The position numbers and the translations under genes are program-made. A stretch of 59,704 nucleotides of DNA, filler included, from Circinaria calcarea (Eukaryota): NCBI GenBank assembly GCA_051942165.1. It is 7 parts of 7 records of this genome, joined end to end, with 100 filler letters (N's around TTAATTAATTAA, not from the genome) between each part and the next. Parts side by side here need not be neighbours in the genome. Positions count along the whole stretch, not along the records: positions 1 to 8,474 come from JAVECS010001109.1; positions 8,575 to 17,020 come from JAVECS010001110.1; 5 more parts are not named here. The stretch is one strand, 5' to 3'. This document shows positions 1 through 11,974 of this stretch, piece after piece. Position 1 is the stretch's first letter, and each line of letters opens with the position of its first letter. The notes under the pieces are model-generated. The model saw only the letters and a list, made by a program, of their open reading frames with translations. It was not told the origin of the DNA and did not search any database.

Positions 1-786
1 TTCCATATGTGATCCAGAAAGCCACTACGATACCAGACACGATGCTGAACTCCTCGAGGACCAAGAGTGCTCCTCGAATTTCCGGAGGACTGATTTCTGA
101 AATGTACAGCGGAGCTACCATGCTGAGCATGCCGACACCAATACCTCCAATCAACCGCGCGACCACGAGCATCGAATAGTTAACGGCCGCAGTCTGGAGG
201 ATTGAACCTAGGGTGAAGATGCACACAGCTGCAAAGATCGAGTATTTTCTTGAATACTTGTCCGCAATCCAGCCTTGATTGAGGGCACCGATGAAGGCTC
301 CTAGTTCAATCATTGCGGTCAACAAACCCTTCCATAATCCAGAGCCGGCGACATTCCCAGAGACCCTGTTGAAGCGCGCAAGAAATTGTGGCATGACAAG
401 GATAATCGACACCACCCCTTGACTGGGAGAGGTCAATTGGTCGTCCAGAAATAGGGGCCCATGAAGCCTACTTACTCATAGCCAAATACCTGTTGAATAA
501 TCAACATGTTAACCAGGAATTTAAATGTGCGGGTGGCATCATTACCAATCCCCCCAAGGTCGCAAACGCGGCACACAGCGCAGCATAGTGGTTTGCGAAG
601 ATTCCCTGGAACCCTACCCAGGTCAACTTCCATACCAGAGGCCTTCGCCTTTACAAACAACAGCGTACCTGAACCTCCATAGGTCACTCGAGGTTCCCCA
701 ACGGCTTCAGTATGGTGGACAAAGGCATCATCGCCATTGAACTGTGGGCCAACTTCATCGGTCTTTTCGTTTGTAGTCGCCGTCAT
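1..786 (-). CDS. MFS sugar porter, 5' part, multi-exon, truncated at window start
   Basis: ATG at 786. Spliced reading gives ...CAAFATLGGL/VFGY/DQGVVSIILVMPQF...GWIADKYSRK...ARLIGGIGVGMLSMVAPLYISEISPPEIRGALLVLEEFSIVSGIVVAFWITYG, which are sugar-porter signatures. First intron 668-614. Confidence 0.93.
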
Positions 787-1355
787 GATTAGTTACTTTT
801 CTGGCATTCGGAGTTGGAAAACCTTGGGGTCTTGGGGTACTAGATATCTTGATGGGAGTTTTGATTATTCCATGACTTGACCCCGCAAAGGCCGACATGT
901 TATACGCGAGCCCGTCCCTGTTGACAACGTCACTGAGCATCTGCATGACCGGCCAATTTTCTCGATGCGGATAGCCAAAAGGTCGATGCCGAGGATAGCC
1001 TTTCTGGACCATCGGAGGATACCTTCTCTACGAACCATCATCTCATCAGGTGGAACCTAGCGGAGTGATCAAGACTCGTTGCCCAGTCGGATGTTTTGCA
1101 GTGTATAAGCCCCTAGTTTTTTGCGATTGGGCGTGGTGGGGAATTTTAGTCTTCCTGCTCCCGCTGCTAGGCGGAAAAGGGAACCGGGTGCGGCCACTCC
1201 CGTTAGCTGATCCATACCCATATCCCACATTCTCTCTAGATATTAGCTCAACGACGGCTTGCCCGGTATCTCGGAATAGCCCACATCTAGCAACGTCTTT
1301 TCGGTCGAGCCCGTGCGTTGTTGAAGCATTCGTCTAGCAAGTCGGGCGTGCAGTC

Positions 1356-1484
1356 TCCCTTAAGTTGTTGCAGGCGGACAGAACCGTGCACACTCCAGCC
1401 TCTGGTCCGTGCCAGCCCTAGCTTGACCAAGCCCAATCTTGCATCCAAGGAACGCACGCACGGTTCTGTCTGCTGCTCAAGGGA
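1356..1484. repeat. Diverged inverted-repeat (MITE-like/hairpin) element, copy A
   Basis: Ends TCCCTT...AAGGGA. Inner arms 1374-1389 and 1458-1473 match at 15/16. The spacer aligns by eye with the element at 3333-3481. Confidence 0.75.
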
Positions 1485-1517
1485 TAATCTAGTGTTATCG
1501 CGGAGAAATATTATACC

Positions 1518-3126
1518 ATGAGCGATAACAGCCAAGCCCCAAGAAGTTAGAAAAGAGGATGATATTCGTAGAAAACGAACTGTAAACAAACATAAATTCA
1601 TCACACATTCAAAGCAGTTACAAAACGTGATGACATTGGCGACGAGGACAACATAGCAACCCAGTCGTCGCTGCATGAACCAATGGAAAGAGCATGTGGA
1701 AATGCAGAGATAGATAGGCTGCCGTGGGGCTCATATATACGAATTGGATCAGCTTCAAATACTCCCAGTCACACAACGGACCGTCAAGCCATTAGCAATT
1801 TTGCTAATCAGAAGCCTAAGTCTCAAAGCTTGTCTGTTACCGCGCGGCCATTCAGTTTGCAGCCTACTTTATCTTCACATTGGCCGTCTTTCCTAGCACC
1901 CGAGCACTCATATTCAAAAAAGCTGAGACCTCGGGCTGGTTCCCCAAGCCTATGTTGCAATGAGATCATCGATAAGCCTCATTTATCGTCTTTGGAGTTA
2001 GATACACCGACTTTCACGGTACGAATATCACCCCACCAGATCTCGCTACACCCAGAAGTGAAAAGCAATTGCTGATAAGAACATCATCAGGCTCCCCTCA
2101 AAGGCTCCGAAATGTACGAGTCTAACGGAAGATCTAATAATCCAGCCGATAAGAACTCCTTATTCAGCACCCGCAACGTTACACCGTTGAAGCCAGAAAA
2201 CTTAGTCTCCTCTACATTACCCTTTTCTTCCTACGATCAGTCGTTACGACGCGATACTGCCGTCCCTCCTGATCTCGAGGCGGCAGACGTGAGACTATTG
2301 GATAGAACTTGGCGCCAAGTTGTAAGGCGACAACTTTCGCGGATAATTAAGCGACTTCGGCTACTGCGGCTTTTGATGCGATCATGAATTGGTCACGTAT
2401 CTAATTGGGGATGGCGAGTAAAGATAATAAATCATATTAGAAAACGAATGTCTTCCATCTGTTGAGATGACAGGTGGGTAGCTGCAGTAGCTGGATTCCT
2501 TGGGCCGTAATACCACCGGTAGTATTACAAGCTGAGTAGATCTTAGGGCCAAATATTGAGACGAAAGAGGACTAGGACGGCTGGTTGCCTGACGAAATAT
2601 GTACTGCTTTATGAGGTCTGCTTCCCACTGAGCTTCCGGGTAATTTCTCTTCAACAGTACTCCAATTACAAATGCAATTTCAGAAACTGATTGGTCTGAA
2701 GGTTCGTCTGGTGAAACTAAATGGGAGGTGTGTAACGGGTCTAGGGGAGAGTCGATTTCTTCTGCGTAGGCTGATAATTTCCCCTCCACCATTCTAATGG
2801 ATCGGTGATGCAATACATCTTTCTCGTATTTTTGTTTTGAGCTTATGGTACTCAGGGCTGATGGAGTTTTCTGCTAGATTTAGTATGTGTAGTGTTGAGA
2901 AAGCTACCTACGTACCATAATGTCAGATTTTAACTGCTGAGATCTATCTCCGCAGTTGTAAAAATGTTCTGTTTGGATCAAAGGATGTGATATTGATGCA
3001 AATCTTCAGCATCAGAAATGCATGGAAGCATTTGATGCTGCGGACGCCGCGTACGAGCGCGTACGGTACGCTAGGGATAAAGCAATTGAAGAGGTCGCGC
3101 GTAGCCTATGAGAGCTAAACAATTGA
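1518..3126 (+). pseudogene. Degenerate gene of unknown function with many premature stops
   Basis: ATG 1518 is in frame with ORFs 1683-2075 and 2112-2387, separated only by TAG/TGA/TAA codons that could derive from CAG/CGA/CAA. An intron-like GTATGT...GCTGAG...CAG lies at about 2883-2954, followed by a helical-looking tail (AFDAADAAYERVRYARDKAIEEVARSL*). Confidence 0.5.
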
Positions 3127-3332
3127 TCGATGGATTGCTATCCAACTCGGTTCTCTGTCAAGGGCAGCAGTTGGCTAGTATTTTCGATAGAGTTGCAAGG
3201 TTTGATTGAGCTGCGAGAGCAGCCCTTTTGGACCATTCAACACTGGCGTTCTGTATCAACATAGAGTAGAGGTACATGCTAATTGGTGAGGAATGACGTA
3301 CCTTCACACGCACTGACGGTAAATCAGGTAGA

Positions 3333-3481
3333 CTATCCCTTAAACCGTTGCTCAGGCAGCCCGAACCGTTCGATTTTTGAACGGACCAGTTTCTGGTGCG
3401 TGCCAGCCTAGCTGGCCAATCCTAACCTTGTATCCAAAAAACGCACGGTTCGGGCTGCCTGAGCAACGGTTTAAGGGATAG
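3333..3481. repeat. Perfect 37-bp inverted repeat (MITE-like/hairpin), copy B
   Basis: 3333-3369 CTATCCCTTAAACCGTTGCTCAGGCAGCCCGAACCGT is the exact reverse complement of 3445-3481. TA lies at 3334-3335 and 3479-3480. Confidence 0.92.
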
Positions 3482-3612
3482 AGCAATAAACTTCGCGTAA
3501 TTTTTAAACATCCACACTCCTCAACTCTTATGCCTAAATCATCATCGAACGCATGATACCGAACAACCACACGATATAAATCGGTATAATTGAATCTACG
3601 GTTACATCGAAA

Positions 3613-4816
3613 ATGAAAGCTATGCGAGCATGCAAAACTACCCCCCCGGACAAGGTCCGGGTTTTTCCCACGCTTCCTTTAACCAATGAGAAAAACCTAC
3701 TTCCAACAACACCCGAGAATGAGGCCATTCAAGCAGTTCTAGATACCTTCAAGAAACATTGCCAAGGTACCTTGACTCAAGACACGATATCGTTACCACT
3801 ACCACTTTCGTTCTATGATAAATTATGGGAACAACTGAAGGCCGATGAGTCTCTTCGAGAATACGTAGAGAATAACGTCAGGTAGAAATAATCATTCTCT
3901 TAAACATCTCCAACTAAATTATTTAGATTTGAATACGATCCGGTATTAGCCTTATTGACTATTCAGATGTTACCCAGCCTTCCGCACGACGCAGCCACCG
4001 GCGCAGTCATCGAATCCGTCCTCAAACAACTAGAAAAGCTTAGAAGGGGAAATGGTCCGGAGGCCACCTATGCTCGAGAAATCTGGTATACGATGCAAGC
4101 TTGTATCTGGCTGCAGTTTGATACACGGAGATTTCAAAAATCCCCTGATGGTCAATTCAAACATTTAAAGGCACGTTATCCTGGACTGGTATTTGAGACA
4201 TCGTATTCCCAGCAGAGAAAAGATCTGGAACGATTAGCCAAGAACTACATAAAGCGCTCCAATGGAAACATCCGGGTTGTTGTCGGGATAGATCTGGATT
4301 ATCCAGCTATCTTATCAGCCTCAGTATCCCTTTGGCAGGCAAGATACATCCAGAAACCTGGTAAGACGACGTTCACTGTGGTGATCGAAACGATATACAA
4401 GAACAGGGTGAGAATTATATGTAAATTGATCTGCATAAGCTAAAGCGGTATAGGTCATTCCAGAACTAGATGAAAGCATGATCAATCATGACTGCAATCT
4501 TATTATTCCGTTAGATAAGTTTGGGCACATGAAAATCGCTCCAGACTTAGGAGATAAGCCTATGCCAGAAATCAAGATCACTATGACGGACTTGGCTCAA
4601 GCTGTTCAGATAGCGAGAGCAGGCCTATCTACAGATAGTCTGAATTCGGATATTGATGCTTTGGACGATATAAGGAGTGTATCAGATTCCCCAGAAGAGG
4701 ATGAGGACGAGACCGGATCGGAGGATGAGACTGGATCGGAGGAAGAAACGGCGACAAAGCAAGCGGCAAGATTTATCGTTGATTCGGAAACGGACTCCAC
4801 GTGTTCAACCCCGTAG
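3613..4816 (+). CDS. Hypothetical protein, about 370 aa, with a Uma2/PD-(D/E)XK-like nuclease motif and an acidic tail
   Basis: Exons 3613-3881, 3927-4407 and 4454-4816 join in frame through GT-AG introns. Motifs: RFEYDP..LLTIQMLPSLPHD, KSPDGQF...YPGLVFETSYSQ..KDLERLAKNYI, IRVVVGIDL. Confidence 0.75.
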
Positions 4817-5404
4817 CGTACTTACTCCCACGCTATTTAAGTCGTTGACATCTCTGTCCCGCCCAATTCTTTAAAGCAAGGCGATTCAGCATGTATACCG
4901 CGGTGGCTAGCTGTTGAGTCCGAAGATCGTCAGACAAAAGTCGACTATTAAAGTTGGGGTTTTTCCCTTTCTTTTTGGAGATTTCGGTCGACGGCGAAGC
5001 AAAAGTTTCTGGAGTGGCTAGATTGTCAAAACGCGGCCGAGCACAGCCGCGCGATCATACTCATCTCCATCCATGCCTCCCTGATTCTACCCAACGGATA
5101 TGCTGTGCCATCGGTGCCATAATGTTGGCGTGAATATCTATTATAACCCCGGAAATGCTGGAAAAGTACCTCACGTGTTGATGCTAACTGACTGCCGATA
5201 GTCTGCAAATTATTAGCACTTAGATCACTTGGATATAGTGGATAAGGTAATTAGCCATAAGAAGGATGTGTGTAAGATCAGCACGTATGATCTGGTGGCT
5301 GGGAGGACGGGTAATCGACCTGTGCGAGGTGGGTGGAGATAGAACTGATTTTTTCTGTTTATTGCCCGAAGGCGGGCTTTAAGACACAGAGGCCTTGGTG
5401 AGCT

Positions 5405-6950
5405 AATCAATCAGCTCCTTCCTTCGCATAACATGCCATTCCCTTCCGAAAAAGCGTCCCCGCCGCTAGTGCCCGCTCAGGTTCTCAAGAATTTTTTGGA
5501 TATCTGTTTCCGCTGTGTGGGCCCTCTGCCTGGCCAAGTCTTGGTGTGCCTTGATGGTGGTCAGTTGTTCTTCCAGGGCCTCGATTTGTTCCAAGAAATT
5601 GATAGATACTGATGGGCTATTCCGCTGTTCCTCGAGCTGCCGTTCTAACGATGTGATTCTGGCCTGTAAACGTGCTTGAATCGTCCTTAAAGTGTCCGCC
5701 TGATCGTTCGAGTGATTGATTTAGGTCCCGTAACGTGTCTACTAATGCTTCTAATCCAGTAATTTTCCTCTGTAATTGCCCGATGACCCTCTAGCGATCT
5801 TGCCTTTGCATCGTTGTCGGCGATATGTTCAGTGGGGTCAGTTTCTGGTGGTCGCGCAGCTGTCGGATAAAGACTCGATATATCGCGAAGTGGCTGCCGT
5901 GTGGTGGTTTCCATCGGTGTATCCTGTCCGTCCTCCTCCTGAGCCTCTTCTTGTGCCTTCCGCTTTTTCAGATTGTACACCACGCCGTTGGCTTCGGTCT
6001 CCTTGACATCACTTGCCGACGCTCTTATCCACTAGTCTACGCCCAAAGCGCCGATTTCAATACTCTCCCTGACCATGCTCCTTATTTTTTCCTACTCAAA
6101 TACAAACGGCTGATGCCGGACAGCGGAGTATAATCCTGGATATACATGCATAAGTGCATTGGCAATCCGTTCTTATCTGCTCATCTTCCAGCTCTTCGGC
6201 TTTGCGAGCTGAGAAGCAGGTACCAATTTCCAGGTTTATAGAAGATGACAATCGGACTTGAGCATACGTGACTGTTAATGTGTATTATTTGGTGATCGTA
6301 AACGTCTTTACTCACTCTGGTGCACATGGGTGGCTTGGTTCATGGCCCTCGTCAGTGTCTTCAGTATTGTGAAATTCCGTGACGACGTTGTTTTAACGGG
6401 CCTGCTCTCGGTCGTCCCAAAAGACCATATGCCGGGACAGGGTCCCCAGTCCTACATTGAGCATTGGTGGTGTGAGATGGAGCTAACTCTTGCTCGTGTA
6501 GTTCAAGGGTGGTAGTGGTTATGGATCTGAGGTTGGGAGGTGGGTGGCGCGTGTGTTCTGGTGGAGGACTGTTGGAGGACCTGGCCTCGTAGGGGTGTCG
6601 TACCCAGGGCGCGGTTCCCACACTTCATCGTGTCCCACTGGAACATCTGGATTCCAACTCGAGTAAAGGTATCGTTATTACCCTGCCTCTATTCCGCCTA
6701 TGCTCCTAGCTCGAGCAAGCACTGTCTGGCAACATTCAGCTTATGTATAGAGGGGAAATTCCCGTGCCCCTCTTCACTCCTGCGGTGCTTCAATGCATTC
6801 TCGTATCTCTCATACACAATATTGTAAATATCTTCAATGGTAGCTCGCTCTTTGAAGGGGTCTTGGCCCAGTGCGTCAACAACATTGATGCCATCATACT
6901 CGAGGGGCATTGGAGGGAGCTGCCGAATAGGCTCTAGGGAAGCGATTGGT
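5405..6950 (-). pseudogene. Fragmented coiled-coil protein gene relic
   Basis: Protein-like segments (ERIANALMHVYPGLYSAVRHQPFVFE*EKIRSMVRESIEIG; QLQRKITGLEALVDTLRDLNQSLE; LQARITSLERQLEEQ...LEQIEALEEQL) are broken by TAA/TAG stops and frameshifts. Boundaries are approximate. Confidence 0.4.
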
Positions 6951-8357
6951 CGGTCATGTCTGCTCTTAGATGTTAACTGAGACCTCATAGCAGAATATGA
7001 AGATTCAAAGAGCAAGAACGAGAAAGCCTCGTAATGAGGCAGAAACTCGGCGAACTCAATACAATCAAAGAAACACCTGTAGAATTGGAGCCTGTGTCAA
7101 CATATCTGCTAAGGTATAAACATCATGAAGTTTACATTAGCACGACCTGGTGAGTCCCAAGTTGTAAAATATTGGATACAAACTGAACGAACATCCAGGT
7201 CGTGAAGTTATTCTTATGTCTAGGGAAACGGATGCTCTCCTCGGTACCGTCATGTCTTTGATTCGGGTTGAAAAGAGGTAGGAAAGATGATAAAGGAGGA
7301 AACAAGAAGGCATCTAAGATAGCCGAAGACTAGGCTGAAGATGACCGGGTTACTGGACAATTTTCCGATGATACGTTTCCGTAGAGGCCGAGAAGAAAGG
7401 ATGGAAACGTGACTATGGAAACGTAATTGAGAATTAATCTACGGACTATATATATAGCTTGCTTTGCAAGCTGCCGTGAGGAAGATAGGGAGCTCAATTC
7501 GGAAAAGAGTAGCAACAGGGCTGATGGGACCCGCTCTTTGGACAATATAGTGGTAGACTGGAAGGAAGATTCGGGGTTTAGCATGATGCTAAACCTCTTA
7601 CCTCAACAGATCTCTTAATCATCAAGAACGTCTGGCTGGACTCCCTCCGGAGTAAATGACAAGCACTGCATATTCACTGATGCTTAACCACGTCCCCTTT
7701 CTTACATGCGGAATGTGTTTGATAGCAGCTGGCTTCATAAGGCTTAGGGCAGAATGTCTTACACACGAAAATCTCAATAAGGCCACAGCTTTCGAGTTCT
7801 TTAAAGAGACGAAATCCAGGCGTTGCAGGATTTTCAGAGAGATATGCTAGAGGTAGACTTAACCAGTTATCCTCTAGCACAACGAAGCCACCAGACTCCT
7901 GTATTCTTAACATAATAAAGCTTGCTGAGTAGTGCATTTCACTTCTTGTAGCCAACAATGTGGCCACATAAAAGCAAAAACGTGGTGTCGTGCATTCTTC
8001 ATAGTTACCTAATCAAGGAATGACTGGTCGAATGCCTACCCCTGCAAAGGCCCTCGCGTGTCGTTAGAGTATGACGCTAGTACTCCGTACCATAAACGTG
8101 CTACAGCCTCGAGCTCTAATCTGCTGATCAAGCATGCGCATTGCCTTACTCTGTACGGTGTAACGGAATACTTAAACCCCCGGTATCATTTTATTAAACC
8201 TCGTCAACAGGATCTCATTCGAGGGATTAGAAATCTCGGCGCAAGGGACCCACGAAGTCTACAAAGTACCGCACCTAAGATTGAGGTATTCGAAAAACAC
8301 CCGCATCACCTTGCCGCTGCTAAATAACAAAGCTCAAGAAAGAGTCAAAAGATCAAC

Positions 8358-8474
8358 ATGGCGGGATTCTTTAAGAATTTGTTCGAAGCAATCTTCACCC
8401 CGGGGCCTACTCCAACACTTATAGTCGCGACAAACGTCTCTTTTGCAGCTCTACAAGCTCTGTTGCTTGCCCTC
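8358..8474 (+). CDS. PKR1: V-ATPase assembly factor Pkr1, N-terminus, truncated by contig end
   Basis: MAGFFKNLFEAIFTPGPTPTLIVATNVSFAALQALLLAL matches the characteristic Pkr1 N-terminal IFTPGPTPTL..ATN.SF motif. Confidence 0.85.
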
Positions 8475-8574
8475 NNNNNNNNNNNNNNNNNNNNNNNNNN
8501 NNNNNNNNNNNNNNNNNNTTAATTAATTAANNNNNNNNNNNNNNNNNNNNNNNNNNNNNNNNNNNNNNNNNNNN
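8475..8574. other. Artificial contig spacer
   Basis: N44-TTAATTAATTAA-N44, which places stops in all six frames. Confidence 0.98.
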
Positions 8575-9739
8575 TATCTGGTACATGAAGTACGCACTCC
8601 AACCCAGCCATTTCGAACGGGAAGTCTGGGTCAGAAGGGACCATTCTAAACGTAAAAGCAATGCCATCCTTCTCCGATGTTTCCGTCGGAGAGAACCTCC
8701 TACGTAGTTGTTGGAGTTGGTATTCTCTTGGATCATCTGCTTGAGTCCGGGAGACCGGTTTTTGGACTATCCTGGATATATCTACGGGTCCTGGGTCGTA
8801 CCGCCGTTGCCCGTGTCCAGCAATCGGGGTTTCTATAGCTGGTCCTTGTTGACTACTCGCGGCACCCTCATCTGTTACTTGCCCCTCTGCCGCCAGTCTC
8901 GCGCCACGTTCTGTCGACTTGCCTTTCGGCCTCGCAGCAGCAGCATCAATTTCATTCAGACTGGACGGATCATGGATGTATGGGCAAGCACTTCCAAGGC
9001 GACACCCTAATCCAAGTCAAGTCAGGATTGCTGGAATGGAGAAGAGAAGAAAGCCGACGGCTCGCAATTGAACAATAGAAAGGAGAATTGAGTGCGTCGA
9101 GAAGGAGCAGCTTTCCTTTCCATCAAACCAACAAGATAGACCGATCAGATAGCTCGGCGGGCCATTTGTAAGGTCTGTGACCTATACAAGGTTGCTTGCC
9201 TACTCTAGCTATCGGATCTGAAGGGAATAGAAACCTTTGCAGGCCTCAGCCAACCGCCGTCGATCTGGTCATACATTCGTAATTGCACACGGGGCAAGGA
9301 AAGGAAAGGTGAACGGGCGGACGAGAATTAAGCAACCATGTCCGACATACCAGTCCCCCTTCCAAAGAATTTACACCTGATCGCCTGCTTCGGTTTCTGG
9401 GCCTTTCGGGAGTTTGCCCCTTTTCTTGCCTGAGGTTGCTGTGGCGTTGGTGGCTCAGTGGGTACTTCCGCATGCGTGACTAAGGTTCGAGTACAAAAAG
9501 GCGAAGATCAGCATCGTCGTGTGACTGTTGATTGAAGACTCCGAATGGCATTATTGGCTCGATATCCACCGTTCGATCGACATCTTTGCGGGTGAAGTGG
9601 ATGGTAGCCATCATGCCAAAGTGCCAACGCATACATCTCCCATCGGAAGGGGGCGAAGGCGGGGAAGGGGAGTTTCGGCGGATCTCTCACCTGCATCGAC
9701 TCCAAGCCGGGGGCTGACGTCTGCGCTTGGGGTTGTCAT
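8575..9739 (-). CDS. CCCH zinc-finger protein, 3' truncated
   Basis: Exons 9739-9691, 9479-9351 and 9006-8575 join through phase-1 GT-AG introns. This gives C-KFFGRGTG-C-RLGSA-C-PYI-H (C-x8-C-x5-C-x3-H), then REYQLQQLRRRF...PSDPDFPFEM..LECVLHVP. Confidence 0.85.
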
Positions 9740-11974
9740 TGTTGTTCCTACCAGCCCAGGCTAACCGCTGGATTTGGCCGATCACTGTTCGAGTAGTTCC
9801 GGGGGCACCAAAAGGGGTGATGAGGGGGGATTTCTTAGTAATATGGGCGAGGTTGAGATGTGGGAAGTCAAATCGGAACCGTTTTGTTGGGGGGGGGGAG
9901 GAGATGGAAAACAGGCCAAACGGCCGAGCCGAGCAAGAGGGACGGTTAGATGGGATGAGTTGGCGCGAAGGTCAGCAGGTCCAACCTAAGATTATCACGA
10001 ATCCGTATCGTCCTGGAGGAGGAGGAGATGATCTCCTCCCACTCGATGGATTATAATTAAATGGGTCACGATACCGGAAGAAGAGAGCAACGTCGAGAAC
10101 GTCAAAGTCGTCCGCGGGGAGATTGTGACAGCGCCCATCAGCACTTCAGTCAAGCTCTACGGGGTAGGTGGGTGTGACTCATGGCTGGGACGGGTGGTGG
10201 TGTCGTGTTGTCACTCTCCTCTACCTCTGCAGCAAACGTTTCCACCTCTCCGATCTGATTTGCGCAATCACTGCGCGCCTCGACAAGCCACATCTTCCGT
10301 TCCCCTCCGCAGCCCCGTCGTCATTCTCCAACCAACACAACCATCATCACGGCGAAACCCTCAAACATCCCGAGTAGATACACCGACATCACAGTCCTGT
10401 CGTTGAAACCCATCCACGTGCCGCCCCCTCCCCCTTTCTTCCCAACCCATCCTTCCTTTCCGACCCCACTCAAGCGCCCATAAGGCTCAGCACTTTTCGG
10501 CAGCAGTCAGCACACCCTTCCATTCCCCTTCCCCTCCCACCCCATGGTACCGGATCCCCACCCTATACGCCCGTACTCCGTACTGCCTGCCCGATCCGCT
10601 TCGGCTCATAACATCGATAGCCGTCAGATATGTCGAGGGAAGCGAGTGGGTCCGGGCCCCCCCCCGCCTGTTCTGAGGGAGGTCAAATAGCGTGCTCCTG
10701 TCGGGCTGTATTGCCTACCGGACTCCCCGTTTCTGAGGCACCCCTCACGGCCCTCGAAGCTACCATCCTGCAGCGTATGGTTCGAGGAGCCAAAAGGACT
10801 TTCGGTTTGGGGGTCATGCATACTCGTATCGAATCATCATGACCTGGCCGCTCACCGCTTCTTTGTAGGAAACCATGGCAATCTCACCCCATGCTGATGT
10901 TGAATGGTTTGAACGTTTCCGCGCAACGTCCGGGAGGCCGGAATGACTCAGCCCATTGTCGGACGTGTGGTTGCCATCGACGAGGGCGTTCGCGATGTTT
11001 TCTTTGCATATGCCGTCGGCGGCACGAGGAGGACGTCAACGGGTGTCAGATATTTGACATGCCTATGTACAGTGAGATGCGCTGGGAGGAGCTCCTACGT
11101 CGGGAACTCCCCGGCATGTCAGCAGAGGGTGCGTAGCGCTTTCGGGGACGGCCAACTTGAGTAATAGCATGCCAAGGAAAGACGGTGGGGGAAAACCACT
11201 CCCTGCTTCCCCCCGCCGCGCGCGGTCCGCTGCGGCAATTTGGGCTTATGCTTGAATGTCGTGCGCAGCGTTGGGGCTGATGTGTTCGATCGATCTGCTG
11301 ATGCTGACTGCAGAAATTGCGTTTGAACGTTGCGGCGGCATTGGGCAGTGAGATTTCTCGGGGCCAAGGTAGTAATTTGTCGGAAGTGGCGAGTTAGGAT
11401 GTGGACCGGGTCTGGAGCTGTAACACTGTCACGATATTTGGATTTCACACGTGGTCTTGGACAAAGATAGTGTATTCACATGGAAGCCAAGCTCGGGGTG
11501 AGTCGTTTCAGTTTCAACGGTTTTTGTCCATCTGCATGGTATACCATCTACTTCTAAATAGCTCGTCAACAATACGAGTCTTCCCAAAGGCTTTGCAGCC
11601 CCTAACTTTTCTACCGATCGAAGGCATAAGCCAGTCCGTCGACCAACGCAGCACATGCATGCCCGAGCTAGCGAGGCCTGAAAGAAGAAGCTCGTACAAG
11701 TACACACATGTGAATCTCCATGTGAGACGCGAAATACAATGTGCCGTTAAGCTCCGAAGCACCGGTATCACGTAAACAAAGGCCAGAGGCTCTGTAGTAT
11801 TACGCCCGTCCGGGGACCAAATGCGCCTGTAATGTACCCTCGGTTCAATGATGCCAATGCCGCTCCAACCTCTTTTGTAAATGCAAGATGTACCGCTCCA
11901 AAGTAGAGTCGTCAGAAACGAGATTCGTAAGCTTCGACCTGCCCGGTTGGCAGCCGCAAGGTACATGGTTCGAT

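Noticed and set aside
7020..7967. Cys-rich minus-strand ORF 7674-7967 as a zinc-finger gene
   Set aside because: Cys/His spacing fits no finger I recognise, and no consistent gene model could be built.
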